A stretch of DNA of 64,000 nucleotides from Alphaproteobacteria bacterium. GTDB lineage: Bacteria > Pseudomonadota > Alphaproteobacteria > UBA828. Location: contig CAXXVO010000008.1 in assembly GCA_963422645.2 (NCBI GenBank), forward strand, positions 576,001-640,000, written 5' to 3'. The position numbers and the translations under genes are program-made. Positions 19,541-31,285 of this stretch are shown here, piece by piece (position 1 is the stretch's first letter; each line of letters starts with the position of its first letter). The notes below the pieces were generated by a model. That model saw nothing but the letters and a program-made list of their open reading frames with translations, did no database searches and was not told where the DNA came from.

Positions 19541-22179
19541 TCGCCGCCGTCGGCTGGTGTGCAGGGGGATGTCTCGGGCGCCGGCGCGCCGCCATCCTCG
19601 GCCGCATCCCCGCTCACCGCCTCAGCTGGAGCCTCATGGGCTGGGGCCTCATCGGCAGGGGCCGCGTCAGAAGGCGCCGCATCGTCGTCTGCGTCAGTGG
19701 GAGCGTCGCTCTCGACCGTGGCGCGGGTGGCCGCGCGCTCCGCCTTGCGCTGGCGGCGCGACTTCTTGGGCTTCTCCGCGGATCGGGGCCGGGGCGGAGG
19801 CGCTGCCTCCCCTTCGGCCGGGGGAATTCCGAGGCCTGCCTTCAGGCGCTCCATCAGGCCCGTGGGCTGGCCGGTCGCAGGCGCGGGATTGCGCCGGCTC
19901 GCAGCCTTCTGCTTTTGCTTGCGGGCCAGAGCTTTTCGTCGCGCCATCCGCGCTCGCTCGGCGGCGGCTCGCTTGGCCGACGACGTGGTGTTGCGGGTCT
20001 CGCCCTTTGCCTCGTTCTTCGTCTCGCTCTTGCGCTCGGCGCGCGGACGAGCGGTGCTCTTGGCACGAGACTTCTGCCCGCCGCCGCTGGATGCCGCAGA
20101 GCCGGACTTGCGGCGGGGCGAGTCGTCGCGGCGGGCGGCACCATCCCTACTCTTTTCGCTATCCCGGCGCGGTGCATCGTCGCGCCGCGCCTTGCTTGTC
20201 CGAGGCTGAGCCTTGCGGGCACGTGCCGCACTGTCCCGCTGTGTCCCACCTTCGCGCGGCGCCGTGCCGTCGGCATCGGCGCGCGCACCTTCTTTGGCCG
20301 GATCGGCGCGCTTGGTCTTCTTGCGGGAAGAGCGGCTTGGCTTCACGAGCGTGCCCTTCTCCGCCGCTTCCTTGATCTTTCTGATCTTCTCCGCGTCCTC
20401 GGCGAGGCTTTGGCGGGTGATTCCCATGCGCCGCATGATCAGCCATTGCTGGCCGATGGAGAGCACATTGTTCCAGGTCCAATAGACCACCAGTCCGGCC
20501 GGGAAGCGCGCGAACAGGAAGAGGAAGATGATGGGCAGCGCCATCATGATCTTCTGTTGGATCGGCTCCATCGGCTGCGGGTTGAGCTTCATCTGCAGCC
20601 ACATGGTCGCCCCGAAGATGAGCGGCCAGATGCCGACCAGCAGGAACTCGGGCACTGGCCAATCGAGGAGGCCAAAGCCGGTAATGAAGGTCATCGGGTC
20701 CGGGGCGGAGAGATCGTCGATCCAGCCGAAGAAGGGCGCGTGCCGCATCTCGATGGTGACGAAGAGCATGTAGTAGAGGGCGAAGAACACCGGAATCTGC
20801 GCGACCAGCGGCAGACAGCCGGCCACCGGGTTGGCCTTCTGCTCGCGGTAGAGCTTCATCAGCTCGCTGTTCATCCGCTGCTTGTCGTCCTTGAAGCGCT
20901 CGCGCAGGCGGATCATCTCCGGCTGGAGCTTGCGCATCCGGCTCATGGACGCGTAGGCCTTGTTGGCCAGCGGGAACAGCAGCACCCGCACGCAGATCGT
21001 CAGCAGCAGGATGGCGACGCCGAAGTTGCCGGTCGCCCGGTTGAAGAAGTCGATGACGTAGAACATCGGCTTCGACAGGAACCAGGCCGGTCCGAAATCG
21101 ACCGCAAGGTCCAGGCGGTCGACGCCCAGCGACTCCTCGTAGCGGTCGAGGAGGCTGATCTCCTTGGCGCCGGTGAAGAGGTGTGAGGTGAGCGATACCG
21201 CCTGGCCCGGATTCACCGTGAGCGGCTCGGCCTCGTAGATAGTCTGGAAGGAATCCGCCTGGCCGCCGTCGACCGGCACGTACTCGAAGCTGCCGCGGAA
21301 CGGCGTCTGCTGATCGGGAATCAGCGCCACCAGCCAGTACTTGTCGGTCAATCCCATCCAGCCGCCGGTCGCGTCGTAGTGATAATCCTGACCCGCGCGA
21401 GGGTTCGCGACCACGGAATCGTAAGCATCGCGCATGTCGTCGAAGTCGGCCTCGTGATAGTCGTCGCCGAAGATACCGAGGGCGCCATCCTGGAAGATGA
21501 AGAGCGGCTTGAACGGCAGAATGGATTCGGTGGCGTCGCTGAACCGCGCGATCCGCGAGTAAGGCGTGAGCGCCAGCGGCGCGCCGGTGGTGTTGAGGAC
21601 AGATTGGGTGACGGTGAAGACGAAGTTCTCGTCGATGTCGATCTTGCGCGTGAACTGAAGTCCGGCGCCGTTGTCCCAGCGGAGCGTGACCGGCCGGCCC
21701 GGCGCGACGGTGGACTTGTCGGCCGCCCAAAGGGTGTTGGGCTGCGGCAGCGCGATCCCCTGGGCTGCAGTGATCCAGCCGAAATCGGCGAAATAGGGCC
21801 GTGTCGCGTCGCGGGGCTGGAGCAGCACGATGTTGGGGCTCTCCGCGTCCGCCTCTTCGCGATAATCGAGGAGCGTGATCGAATCGATGCGCCCGCCGAG
21901 GCGCGCGATCGAACCGCTGAGCCTGGGTGACTCGATCTGGATGCGGGGACTCTCGATGCCCGCCTGGCGCAGCTCGGCCTGGGCCGGGGCGTCTGCGCTG
22001 GGCACCACCTGATCCAGCGACGGCGGCGCCGTTCCCGGAGCGGGCTGCTCGGCCACGCGCCGAGGGCGCTCGTCTGGCGGGAAGAGTGCCGGCATGAGGA
22101 ATTGCCAGCCGACGAGGACCACGAAGATCGCGCCGATCGCGATGATGAGATTGCGTTTGTCTGTGGCGCTGCCGAACAT
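19474..22179 (-). CDS. yidC: Membrane protein insertase YidC with long C-terminal extension
   Basis: DKYW, GNFGVAI, SMSRMRKLQP, NPVAGCLP, EMRHAPFFGWIDDLSAPDP, YWTWNN; about 315 aa low-complexity tail. Confidence 0.93.
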   Translation of the reverse strand: MFGSATDKRNLIIAIGAIFVVLVGWQFLMPALFPPDERPRRVAEQPAPGTAPPSLDQVVPSADAPAQAELRQAGIESPRIQIESPRLSGSIARLGGRIDSITLLDYREEADAESPNIVLLQPRDATRPYFADFGWITAAQGIALPQPNTLWAADKSTVAPGRPVTLRWDNGAGLQFTRKIDIDENFVFTVTQSVLNTTGAPLALTPYSRIARFSDATESILPFKPLFIFQDGALGIFGDDYHEADFDDMRDAYDSVVANPRAGQDYHYDATGGWMGLTDKYWLVALIPDQQTPFRGSFEYVPVDGGQADSFQTIYEAEPLTVNPGQAVSLTSHLFTGAKEISLLDRYEESLGVDRLDLAVDFGPAWFLSKPMFYVIDFFNRATGNFGVAILLLTICVRVLLFPLANKAYASMSRMRKLQPEMIRLRERFKDDKQRMNSELMKLYREQKANPVAGCLPLVAQIPVFFALYYMLFVTIEMRHAPFFGWIDDLSAPDPMTFITGFGLLDWPVPEFLLVGIWPLIFGATMWLQMKLNPQPMEPIQQKIMMALPIIFLFLFARFPAGLVVYWTWNNVLSIGQQWLIMRRMGITRQSLAEDAEKIRKIKEAAEKGTLVKPSRSSRKKTKRADPAKEGARADADGTAPREGGTQRDSAARARKAQPRTSKARRDDAPRRDSEKSRDGAARRDDSPRRKSGSAASSGGGQKSRAKSTARPRAERKSETKNEAKGETRNTTSSAKRAAAERARMARRKALARKQKQKAASRRNPAPATGQPTGLMERLKAGLGIPPAEGEAAPPPRPRSAEKPKKSRRQRKAERAATRATVESDAPTDADDDAAPSDAAPADEAPAHEAPAEAVSGDAAEDGGAPAPETSPCTPADGGEWTNQDRPRPRRQRTRKRARRR

Positions 22180-22199
22180 GAATCGCTCGCTCGCCCCGG

Positions 22200-22466
22200 T
22201 TAGCGCGGGGCGCGCCTCCAGGGCGTGCTCAAGATGCCGAGCGGACGCTCGGGCACCTCATCCACCCCGCCGGTGCAATAGGGATTGCAGCGGAGGATAC
22301 GCCAGGTCGCCAGCGCGAGGCCCAGGACCACGCCGTGCCGCTTGAGCGCCGTCATCGCGTAGTGCGAGCAGGTCGGCTCGAACCGGCAACTCGGCGGCAA
22401 GAGTGGCGAGATGAAATACTGGTATCCGCGGATCAGGCCCACGATCAGTAACGCGATCGGTCTCAT
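22200..22466 (-). CDS. yidD: Membrane protein insertion efficiency factor YidD
   Basis: YQYFISPLLPPSCRFEPTCSHY...RILRCNP. Confidence 0.92.
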   Translation of the reverse strand: MRPIALLIVGLIRGYQYFISPLLPPSCRFEPTCSHYAMTALKRHGVVLGLALATWRILRCNPYCTGGVDEVPERPLGILSTPWRRAPR

Positions 22467-22891
22467 GCGTCTCCCGCTCTCGGGCCCGCTTCGCGCAACC
22501 GGTCGGCGGCGGACCGCCGGCTCCGGCCGGGTGTTCGATCGTCTGCCCGCGCGCCCACACGCGCCAACGCCGCGGCCAGATCGTCGGTCAATGCATCGAA
22601 CGGACGGGTCAACGTGGCAGTACGCGCGATGACGACGTAGTCGCAGCCGCATTGCGCCGAAGCCGGCATAACATGGGCCACCGCCGCACGCAATCGGCGC
22701 TTGGCACGGTTGCGCGCGACTGCATTGCCGATCCGGCGGCTTGCGGTGTAGCCCACCCGCACAAGCCCCTCCTCGGCATCCGCTTCCGGCGCCGGCGCTG
22801 CCTGTAGCACCAGACTAGGCACGGCCCAACGGCGCGCGGCCGCCCGTACCCGCAGAAAGTCCTGCCGCTTCTTGAGCGTGGCGATGCGCAT
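22463..22891 (-). CDS. rnpA: Ribonuclease P protein component
   Basis: RVGYTASRRIGNAVARNRAKRRLR; between rpmH and yidD. Confidence 0.92.
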   Translation of the reverse strand: MRIATLKKRQDFLRVRAAARRWAVPSLVLQAAPAPEADAEEGLVRVGYTASRRIGNAVARNRAKRRLRAAVAHVMPASAQCGCDYVVIARTATLTRPFDALTDDLAAALARVGARADDRTPGRSRRSAADRLREAGPRAGDA

Positions 22892-23040
22892 CGACCTCAC
22901 CCTACCACCACGCACCTTCGGCGCATCGTGCGCAAACGGGTCCAGCGATGACATGTGGTTGCACACGCCCCAACACACCATGTACGCCTGCAAGAAATGT
23001 CCGAGGAATAGCGATGAACGAGGCCGAGCCCCCGCCAATC

Positions 23041-23175
23041 CTAAACGGCCAGGCGCTTCCGCCCCTTGGTGCGCCTGCGCGCGAGAACGCGCCGACCGGT
23101 CACGGTCTTCATGCGCTGCCTGAAGCCGTGGCGGCGCTTGCGCACAATGTTGCTCGGTTGATAGGTCCGTTTCAC
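23041..23175 (-). CDS. rpmH: 50S ribosomal protein L34
   Basis: GTG start; [43 protein letters not shown]. Confidence 0.95.
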   Translation of the reverse strand: MKRTYQPSNIVRKRRHGFRQRMKTVTGRRVLARRRTKGRKRLAV

Positions 23176-23297
23176 GCCCCGTCTCCGCCCCCAGCTCGGT
23201 CGCTCACGATCACCGCGGCCGCCGCTGTATAAGCGTGCCCCGGGCTGCTGTCAACGAGCGCCTTGTGAATGGGCGCCAGTGGTCGCGCGATGTTTAT

Positions 23298-23425
23298 TGG
23301 GTCACGCGCGCGAGACGGTTCCCGCTCGCACGACCAAAGGCCGTCTGGGTCGCGCGCGAGACGGTTCCCGCTCGCACGACCAAAGGCCGTCTGGGTCGCG
23401 CGCGAGACGGTTCCCGCTCGCACGA
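23298..23425. repeat. Tandem repeat of a 46-bp palindromic (REP-like) unit, about 2.8 copies
   Basis: Unit TGGGTCGCGCGCGAGACGGTTCCCGCTCGCACGACCAAAGGCCGTC with identical linkers. Confidence 0.85.
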
Positions 23426-24376
23426 CTAGGGCGGCATACGGCCGGCGAGCCAGTCCTCGATCAGGCGGCGGGAGATCGAATAGCGGCCCGGCAGGCGGAA
23501 GTCGTCGCTGTCCCGGCAGCCGAGCAGCTCTCGCCGCGGATACCAGTGGGCGTACTCCAGCTCGGTCTCGTCGACCGCGATCTCGCGGGAGAGCGCTTGC
23601 GCCATGAAGCCCACCATGAGCGTACCGGGGAAGGGCCAGGGCTGCGAGGAGTGGTAGCGGACATCGCCCACGCGCACGCTGCTTTCCTCCTCGATCTCGC
23701 GGGCCACGCACTCCTCCAGGCTCTCGCCGGGCTCCAGGAAGCCGGCAAGGGTCGAGTGCATCCCCGGCGGCCAGCGCGACTGGCGGCAGAGAAGACAGTC
23801 GTCACCGTCATGGACCAGTGTTATCACCGCCGTGTCGGTGCGCGGAAAATGGACCGCGCCGCAGTCCTCGTTGGTGCAGCGCCGTTGGTGGCCGGCCTCG
23901 AGTGCCGCCGCCGCAGCACCGCAGGCGCCACAGAAGCGATGCCGGCGGTGCCAGTAGGTGAGCCCCCGGGCGTAAGCGATCAGCGCGGAATCGGGCCCCG
24001 GTACGATCTGCACCAACTCGCGCAGGTCCATCATCTCGCCGCCGGGCGAGCGTGCGACCAGGGCCTCGGCCTCCACATGGGAGAGATCGACCACGAAATG
24101 CGCCGCGCCGGCGGCGCCGTCCTCGACCTCCACACCTAGCAGCGAGGGCTCAGCACGGTCGTCAAGCAGCCCGTCGAGGGTTTCACGGTAGTGGATGACG
24201 GGGAGGGGCTCCGGGCCCAGGCGGACGACGGCATTCTGCCGCCAAATCGCGACGTAGCGTGTGGAGGGGTCGTCGAAACGGGCCCGAAGCCATGCCGCGT
24301 CGGTCCGCAAATGCGCGGCCCGGTCAAGCGGCATTCCCGAGAGCACGTTGCCGCCGATGCGGGTAAGGTCGGTCAT
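23426..24376 (-). CDS. nudC: NAD(+) diphosphatase NudC
   Basis: HRFCGACG zinc ribbon, Nudix box GFLEPGESLEECVAREIEEE, SQPWPFP. Confidence 0.93.
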   Translation of the reverse strand: MTDLTRIGGNVLSGMPLDRAAHLRTDAAWLRARFDDPSTRYVAIWRQNAVVRLGPEPLPVIHYRETLDGLLDDRAEPSLLGVEVEDGAAGAAHFVVDLSHVEAEALVARSPGGEMMDLRELVQIVPGPDSALIAYARGLTYWHRRHRFCGACGAAAAALEAGHQRRCTNEDCGAVHFPRTDTAVITLVHDGDDCLLCRQSRWPPGMHSTLAGFLEPGESLEECVAREIEEESSVRVGDVRYHSSQPWPFPGTLMVGFMAQALSREIAVDETELEYAHWYPRRELLGCRDSDDFRLPGRYSISRRLIEDWLAGRMPP

Positions 24377-24598
24377 GCCCCAACCTCGCACACCGTCGGC
24401 CCGAGCGTAAAGCCGCTCTCCCAACGAGGTGTCAGCGACAGCGCGTCCGCCGCAATCGCGTCACCCGCCGAGCAGGGACGGTCTGCGGCCTTGACTGCAC
24501 CATGCAGCCGCTGCAACTGATCCTGCTGGGCGGACAGACGCAGTCCCGCTCACGTCCGCCGGCGGACACGGCCCAGGCTGCAGCAGAGGTGACGGCGC

Positions 24599-25075
24599 AT
24601 GACTGACCAAGCACCCTGGAATGAGGCCGAAGGCCGCCTGTTGAACGGCCTTCTGGACGTGATCGTGCCGGCGAGCGCAGATGGGCGGGTCCCAGCAGCG
24701 GGCAGGCTGGGTGTTGTCGAGTTCCTGGCCCGAAAGGCATCGGACGATCCCGCACTCGCCGCCTTGATTCGCACGGTCCTGACAGGGGCCGCGGCCCTGG
24801 TGGAATGCCGCGGCGCAAGCTTCGATGCGCTGGATGCAGCAGGCCGCATCGCCATCGCGGAGGCGCTGGAACGGGCGGAGCCCGACGCGTTCACGGCGCT
24901 GCTCAGGCACACCTACATGGGCTACTACAGCCGCCCGGACATTCGCCCCCGCTTCGGCCTCTCCGACCGCCCGACGCAGCCAGAGGGCTACGAGCTGCCC
25001 GAAGACGACCCCGACGAGCTCGCAGCATTGCTGGCCCCGGTGCGCGCGCGGGGCGGATGCTACCGCCCGACCTGA
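24599..25075 (+). CDS. Gluconate-2-dehydrogenase subunit 3-like protein
   Basis: LLDVIVPA...VPAAG...FTALLRHTYMGYYSRP; precedes a GMC oxidoreductase. Confidence 0.7.
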   Translation: MTDQAPWNEAEGRLLNGLLDVIVPASADGRVPAAGRLGVVEFLARKASDDPALAALIRTVLTGAAALVECRGASFDALDAAGRIAIAEALERAEPDAFTALLRHTYMGYYSRPDIRPRFGLSDRPTQPEGYELPEDDPDELAALLAPVRARGGCYRPT

Positions 25076-25093
25076 GCGCACAAGGAGCCCCGC

Positions 25094-26707
25094 ATGAGCG
25101 ACGATCCCGTCGATGTATTGATCGTGGGCGCAGGTCCGTCGGGCGCGGCGCTCGCCTGGTCGCTGCTGGGCTCGCGCATGCGCATCCTCTGCCTGGAGCA
25201 GGGGCCGATATTGAGCGACGCGGCCTATCCCAGCCGCAAGCCGGACTACGAGCTCAGCCGCTATGCCGAGTTCAGCATCGACCCCAATGTGCGTCGGCTG
25301 CCCCAGGATTACCCGGTCAACGCGGCCAACTCCCCGATCACGCCGGCCAACTTCAACGCTGTCGGTGGCTCGACGATCAACTTCTCGGCGCATTGGCCGC
25401 GCATGCATCCCTCGGATTTCCGCACCCGTTCTCTAGACGGGGTGGGCGACGACTGGCCGGTGGATTATGCGACGCTGGAGCCCTACTACGCGAGGAACGA
25501 CCGCATCACGGGAACTTCGGGCCTGGCCGGGAACCCGGCCTACCCTCACTACGAACCGCCGCTTCCTCCGCTTCCGCTCGGCAAACTGGGCCAGACGCTG
25601 GCACGGGGCTTCAATCGCCAGGGCTGGCACTGGTGGCCATCGGATGCAGCGATTCTCAGCCGCGACTACGACGGGCGGGCAAAGTGCGTCAACGCCGGCA
25701 CCTGCGACCTCGGCTGCGCCACCGGCGCCAAGTCCAGCGCGAACCTGACGTACTGGCCCGTCCTGCTGCGCGCGGGCGTGGAACTGCGCACCGGCTGCCG
25801 GGTGCGCGAGATCACACTCGACGAGAACGGCATGGCGAGCGGCGTTCTCTATCACGACCCCGAGGGCCGGCTGCAGCGGCAGAGGGCAGAGCTCGTCGTG
25901 CTCGCATGCAACGGCATCGGCACGCCCCGGCTGATGCTCAACTCGACATCTCACCGGTTTCCCAACGGCATTGCCAATCGCAGCGGCCTCGTGGGGAAGA
26001 ACCTGATGTTCCATCCGCTCACCGGCATCTCCGGCGTATTCGACGAGCCGATGGAGGGCTTCAAGGGACCGATGGGGTGCAGCATTTTCAGCCACGAATT
26101 CTACGAGACCGATCCGTCTCGGAATTTCGTACGCGGCTACGGGCTGCAAGCCAGCCGCTGGATCACGCCGATGACCTGGGCCCTCGGCGGTGTCTGTTTC
26201 GACAACCCCATACCCTGGGGGGCGGAGCACCGGCACCTGATGGACGAGGTCTATCCCTACTCGGCCGGGCTCACCATCGTCACCGAAGATCTTCCGCGCG
26301 AGACCAACTCGGTTACCCTGGACCCCGAGTTCGCCGACAGCGACGGTATTCCGGCACCGAAGATCATCTACACGGTGGACGACAACACGCGAAGGATGAT
26401 CGCCCACGGCGAGGCCCGCGCCGAAGAAGCGCTGCAGGCCGCCGGCGCAAAGAAGGTGATGGGCGCAGGCGGAGACGTCTGGTGGCGCGCGGGATGGCAC
26501 CAGATGGGCACGGCGCGCATGGGGAACGATTCCGAGCGCTCGGTGGTCAATGGCTGGGGGCGCTGCCACGACGTGCGCAACCTCTTCATCGTGGACGCCA
26601 GCATTTTCGTCACCGCCGGCGCGGTGAACCCCACCTCGACCATCCAGGCGTTGGCGCTCTACATCGGCGACAGCATCCTGAAGAATATCGGCAGCCTCTT
26701 CGACTGA
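25094..26707 (+). CDS. GMC family oxidoreductase
   Basis: IVGAGPSG FAD motif, VGGST, VGKNLMFH, HQMGTARMG, NPTSTIQALA. Confidence 0.92.
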   Translation: MSDDPVDVLIVGAGPSGAALAWSLLGSRMRILCLEQGPILSDAAYPSRKPDYELSRYAEFSIDPNVRRLPQDYPVNAANSPITPANFNAVGGSTINFSAHWPRMHPSDFRTRSLDGVGDDWPVDYATLEPYYARNDRITGTSGLAGNPAYPHYEPPLPPLPLGKLGQTLARGFNRQGWHWWPSDAAILSRDYDGRAKCVNAGTCDLGCATGAKSSANLTYWPVLLRAGVELRTGCRVREITLDENGMASGVLYHDPEGRLQRQRAELVVLACNGIGTPRLMLNSTSHRFPNGIANRSGLVGKNLMFHPLTGISGVFDEPMEGFKGPMGCSIFSHEFYETDPSRNFVRGYGLQASRWITPMTWALGGVCFDNPIPWGAEHRHLMDEVYPYSAGLTIVTEDLPRETNSVTLDPEFADSDGIPAPKIIYTVDDNTRRMIAHGEARAEEALQAAGAKKVMGAGGDVWWRAGWHQMGTARMGNDSERSVVNGWGRCHDVRNLFIVDASIFVTAGAVNPTSTIQALALYIGDSILKNIGSLFD

Positions 26708-27033
26708 CGGAGCCGACATAACCCCGCAATATCAAGCGGCGACGGTCGAAGCCGGACCGCGATTCCCTACGGCACGACGCGGTACTGCGAAGACGTCCGC
26801 TCCGTTCGCGTCAGGACGAGATTGTCTTGTGGAGCAAAGGGTCGGCGATCGCGACCTTGGCAGCGCGGCCGACGCCGATTCTACAGAATCTGTAACTACC
26901 CAGGTACCCCAATCCTGAGTTGAGGACGGTGATTATGGCGGCGGCCGCGGCCTGGTTCTGCCACCGCGATTGGTTCTTGACCTCATAGAGTTGCGGGACT
27001 ATGGACTGCTCTCTCGCGTGACGGGAGCGGTCC

Positions 27034-27699
27034 ATGGGGTATTTCGGCTCGAAGGCGACAGCAGGTCTGTGCCAAGCGCTGATTGCGCTGATGCCGCCGC
27101 ACTCCGTCTACATCGAAAGCCACCTTGGGGGCGGGGCGCTGATGAAGCGCAAGCCGCCGGCCGTGCGTTCGATCGGCATCGACCGCGATGCGCAGGCGCT
27201 CGAGGCCTTCGTCTGCGACTACCCGGTCGATCTGGTTCACGGCTGTGCCCATGACTTCCTGGCCTCGTTCCCGTTCCTGGGCCCGGAGCTGGTTTACAGC
27301 GATCCGCCCTATCTGCACGCGACCCGCCGCTCGGCGCAGCGCTACCGCTTCGAGTACGAGGAGGCCGGCCACGTCGCGCTTCTCGCGCTGCTCAAGGCTC
27401 TGCCCTGCCAGGTCATGATCTCGGGCCATCCGTCGGCGCTCTATGACGAGGTGCTGGCGGGATGGCGCCGGCTGGCGCTGCAGGTCACGACCCAGGGTCT
27501 GGTGCGAACCGAGGTCGTCTGGTTCAACTACGCCCCCGACCGGATGCATTGGGCCAGCCACGCAGGCCGGAACTTCACCGACCGCCAGCGCATCAAGCGC
27601 AAGGCAGCCAACTGGGGCCGGCGCTACCAGGCCTTGCCGCCGGGCGAACGCCTCGCCGTGCTCGCCGCCATGATGGCCGTCGAGGCCGAAGACACGTGA
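27034..27699 (+). CDS. Dam/D12-class-like DNA adenine methyltransferase
   Basis: YFGSK, YIESHLGGGA (SAM motif), YSDPPY catalytic motif, MISG, RTEVVWFNY. Confidence 0.8.
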   Translation: MGYFGSKATAGLCQALIALMPPHSVYIESHLGGGALMKRKPPAVRSIGIDRDAQALEAFVCDYPVDLVHGCAHDFLASFPFLGPELVYSDPPYLHATRRSAQRYRFEYEEAGHVALLALLKALPCQVMISGHPSALYDEVLAGWRRLALQVTTQGLVRTEVVWFNYAPDRMHWASHAGRNFTDRQRIKRKAANWGRRYQALPPGERLAVLAAMMAVEAEDT

Positions 27700-29236
27700 C
27701 GGTGTCGCACTGGCACGAAGACCTCGCCGCCCGTAACGAGGCCTTCTGCTGCCTGAAGGAGCTTCTCGAGCCATCATCCCTCGCAACCACTGTCGTCGTT
27801 GCCGTCCGGGAATGGGGGCAGGGGCTGCTGCGATCAGCCACCGCGCTCGCCCGGGAAAATGCCGCACTCGAGCAGGAGAACGCGGCCCTGCGCGAGCGCA
27901 TCGCCGAACTCGAGCGCAGCGCGGCCCTCAACAGCACCACAAGCAGCAAGCCCCCCGCCAGCGACGGGCTCAAGAAGAAAAGCGGAGCCCAGAGGCGCAC
28001 CCAAAGCCAGCGCGGAAAGTCCGGCGGGCCCAGTGGCGGCCAGCCCGGCCACAAGGGAACCACCCTCGCGCGGAGCGACAGCCCGGACCGTGTCGTCGAT
28101 CACCACCCCTCCACCTGTTCCGGCTGTGGCGTCGAGCTCTCGGACGCCGACCGGCAAGGCGCGCCCGCCTGTCGGCAGGTCTTCGACGTACCCGAGCCGC
28201 AGCCTCTCGAGGTCACCGAACACCGCGCCCATCGCTGCCTCTGCGGCGCATGCGGCACGCTGACACGAGCCGCCTTCCCGCCGGGCGTCACCGCCCCGGT
28301 CCAGTACGGCCCTCGCATCACCGCTTGGGTGAGTTACCTGCTGTACGCCCAGTTCGTGCCCGAGAAGCGTCTGGCCGAACTCATGAGCGACATCTTCGCG
28401 GTGTCCATCTCCACTGCCACGATCGCCGCCATGGGCCGGCGCACAGCGCAGCGCTTCGAGGGCTTCCTCGACCATGTCGCCGATCTGATCCGCACGCAGG
28501 CGCCGGTCAAGCACCTCGACGAGACCGGCCTGCGTATCGCCGCCCGTACCCGCTGGCTCCATGTGCTGTGCACCCCGTTGCTCACCGTCCTGCGCATCGG
28601 CGAGGGACGCGGCGATGTCGAAAAGAACCTGAAAGGCATCCTCGTCCACGACGACTTCGCCCCCTACTTCACCATCAAGGGCGTCACCGCCACGGCGCCT
28701 GCAACGCACATCACCTGCGCGAACTCCAGGCCCTGATCGACATCGAGAAGGAGGAATGGGCGGCGAGCATGCACCGCCTGCTTCAGCGCGCGCGCAGGGC
28801 CGCCCGCTTCGCCCGTGAGAAAGACCGTCAAGTCCCCGCCTCCCTGGTGGCCCGCATCTCAAGGGCATGGGACCGTATCCTCGAAGAAGCCATCGCCTTC
28901 CATGAGGCCCAACCGCCGCTCCAGATCGCAAAGCGAGGGCGAAAGAAACGCCGCATCGGCCACAACCTCGCGCGCCGCCTTCAAAAGCATAAGGAGGGCT
29001 GCCTGCGCTTCCTCACCGACCTGCGCACGCCGTTCACGAATAACGAGGCGGAGCGTGACATCCGTATGAACAAAGTGCATGAGAAGATCTCAGGCGGCTT
29101 CCGCTCCCTGCAAGGCGCCTGCAACTTCGCCGGAATGCGCAGCGTCATCGTCACCGCTCGAAAGCAAGGCTGGAACATCCTGCAAATCCTGGCGCACCCG
29201 GAACCGATGCAGCTGATCCCTATACTGCGCTCCTGA
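27696..29236 (+). pseudogene. IS66 transposase TnpC, +1 frameshift near 28686
   Basis: GTG overlaps the MTase stop; SSKPPASD, DETG, FTNNEAERDIR; GCGTCACCGCC here versus in-frame GCGTCCGCC at about 53279. Confidence 0.85.
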
Positions 29237-29296
29237 ACTTCTCCGGCTCATCCTGAGTATCGCTGTCCTCTCATCTTGTTCGCGACGCGGCGTTCA

Positions 29297-30163
<867 letters not shown>

Positions 30164-30172
30164 GGTGCCTCC

Positions 30173-31285
30173 TTAGCGTCTCGTGGTGTCCAGGCGCTTC
30201 TCGAGATTGAGCGAATAGCGCGACATGCTGAAGCAAATCACAAAGAAGAACAGCGCGGCCAGCAGGAAGGTCTCGTAATCGACCTTGCCCAGCCAATCCG
30301 GATTGGTCTGGAGGAGGCGCGCCTGCCCGAGGATATCGAAGAGGCCGATGATGATGACCAGCGTGGTGTCCTTGAACAGGCCGATGAAGGTGTTGACGAT
30401 TCCCGGGATCGAGATCTTAAGCGCCTGCGGCAGGATGATCAGGCGCATCGATTGCCAGTAGCCGAGCCCCATCGCCTGGCCTGCCTCGTACTGGCCGTTC
30501 GGTATCGCCTGCAGTCCGCCGCGGATTACCTCGGCCATGTAGGCGGAGGCGAACACCGTGATGATGATCATCACACGAATCAGCTGATCCAGCGTGACCT
30601 GCGGCGGCAGGAAGAGCGGCAGGAGGATGATCGCGACGAAGAGCAGCGTGATCAACGGCACGCCGCGGATAAACTCGATAAACCCGACCGAGAACCAGCG
30701 GACAATCGGCATGCGCGAGCGCCGCCCCAGCGCCAGCAGGATCCCGATGGGCAGCGAGAGCACGATGCCGACGAGGCCGGCGATGATGTTGAGCATAAAG
30801 CCGCCGAACTGGTCGGTGCGGATGACATCGAGGCCGAGGCCGCCGACCAGCAGGATTGCCGCGATCACGGGATAAGCGAGCGAGAACCAGCGCCCGTAGC
30901 GGGAATAGGGCAGCCTGTCGAACAGCATATAGGCGATCGCCGGCACCAGCAGGGCGATGCATATGTTCACGCGCCAATAAGAATCGGCCGGATAGAAGCC
31001 GTAGAAGAACTGGGTGATGCGCTGGTCGAGCCAGGCCCAGCACGCGCCCTCGCTGGGGCAGTCCCTGCCGGTATCGCCGGTGAGGGTGGCGTCGATAAAG
31101 GCCCACTCGATCAGGCCCGGCACGATCAGCGCGAGCACGGCGATCGAGCCCAGCGTGAGCGCCGTGCTCAGCCAGTTGGAGAACAGGTTTGCCCGCAACC
31201 AGCCGATGACGCCCGTGCTGGTGAGCGGCGCCGGCTGCTCCGGCAGCATCTCCGCCCGGCTGCGATGGAAGGCGAGCTTGCTCAT
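30173..31285 (-). CDS. aapM: Amino acid ABC transporter permease AapM
   Basis: WLRANLFS, GACW, IRGVPLITLLF, AEVIRGGLQAIP. Confidence 0.9.
   Translation of the reverse strand: MSKLAFHRSRAEMLPEQPAPLTSTGVIGWLRANLFSNWLSTALTLGSIAVLALIVPGLIEWAFIDATLTGDTGRDCPSEGACWAWLDQRITQFFYGFYPADSYWRVNICIALLVPAIAYMLFDRLPYSRYGRWFSLAYPVIAAILLVGGLGLDVIRTDQFGGFMLNIIAGLVGIVLSLPIGILLALGRRSRMPIVRWFSVGFIEFIRGVPLITLLFVAIILLPLFLPPQVTLDQLIRVMIIITVFASAYMAEVIRGGLQAIPNGQYEAGQAMGLGYWQSMRLIILPQALKISIPGIVNTFIGLFKDTTLVIIIGLFDILGQARLLQTNPDWLGKVDYETFLLAALFFFVICFSMSRYSLNLEKRLDTTRR

Noticed and set aside
23298-23425. Possible CRISPR array
   Set aside because: Linkers are identical and only about 12 bp; no unique spacers; no cas genes in the window
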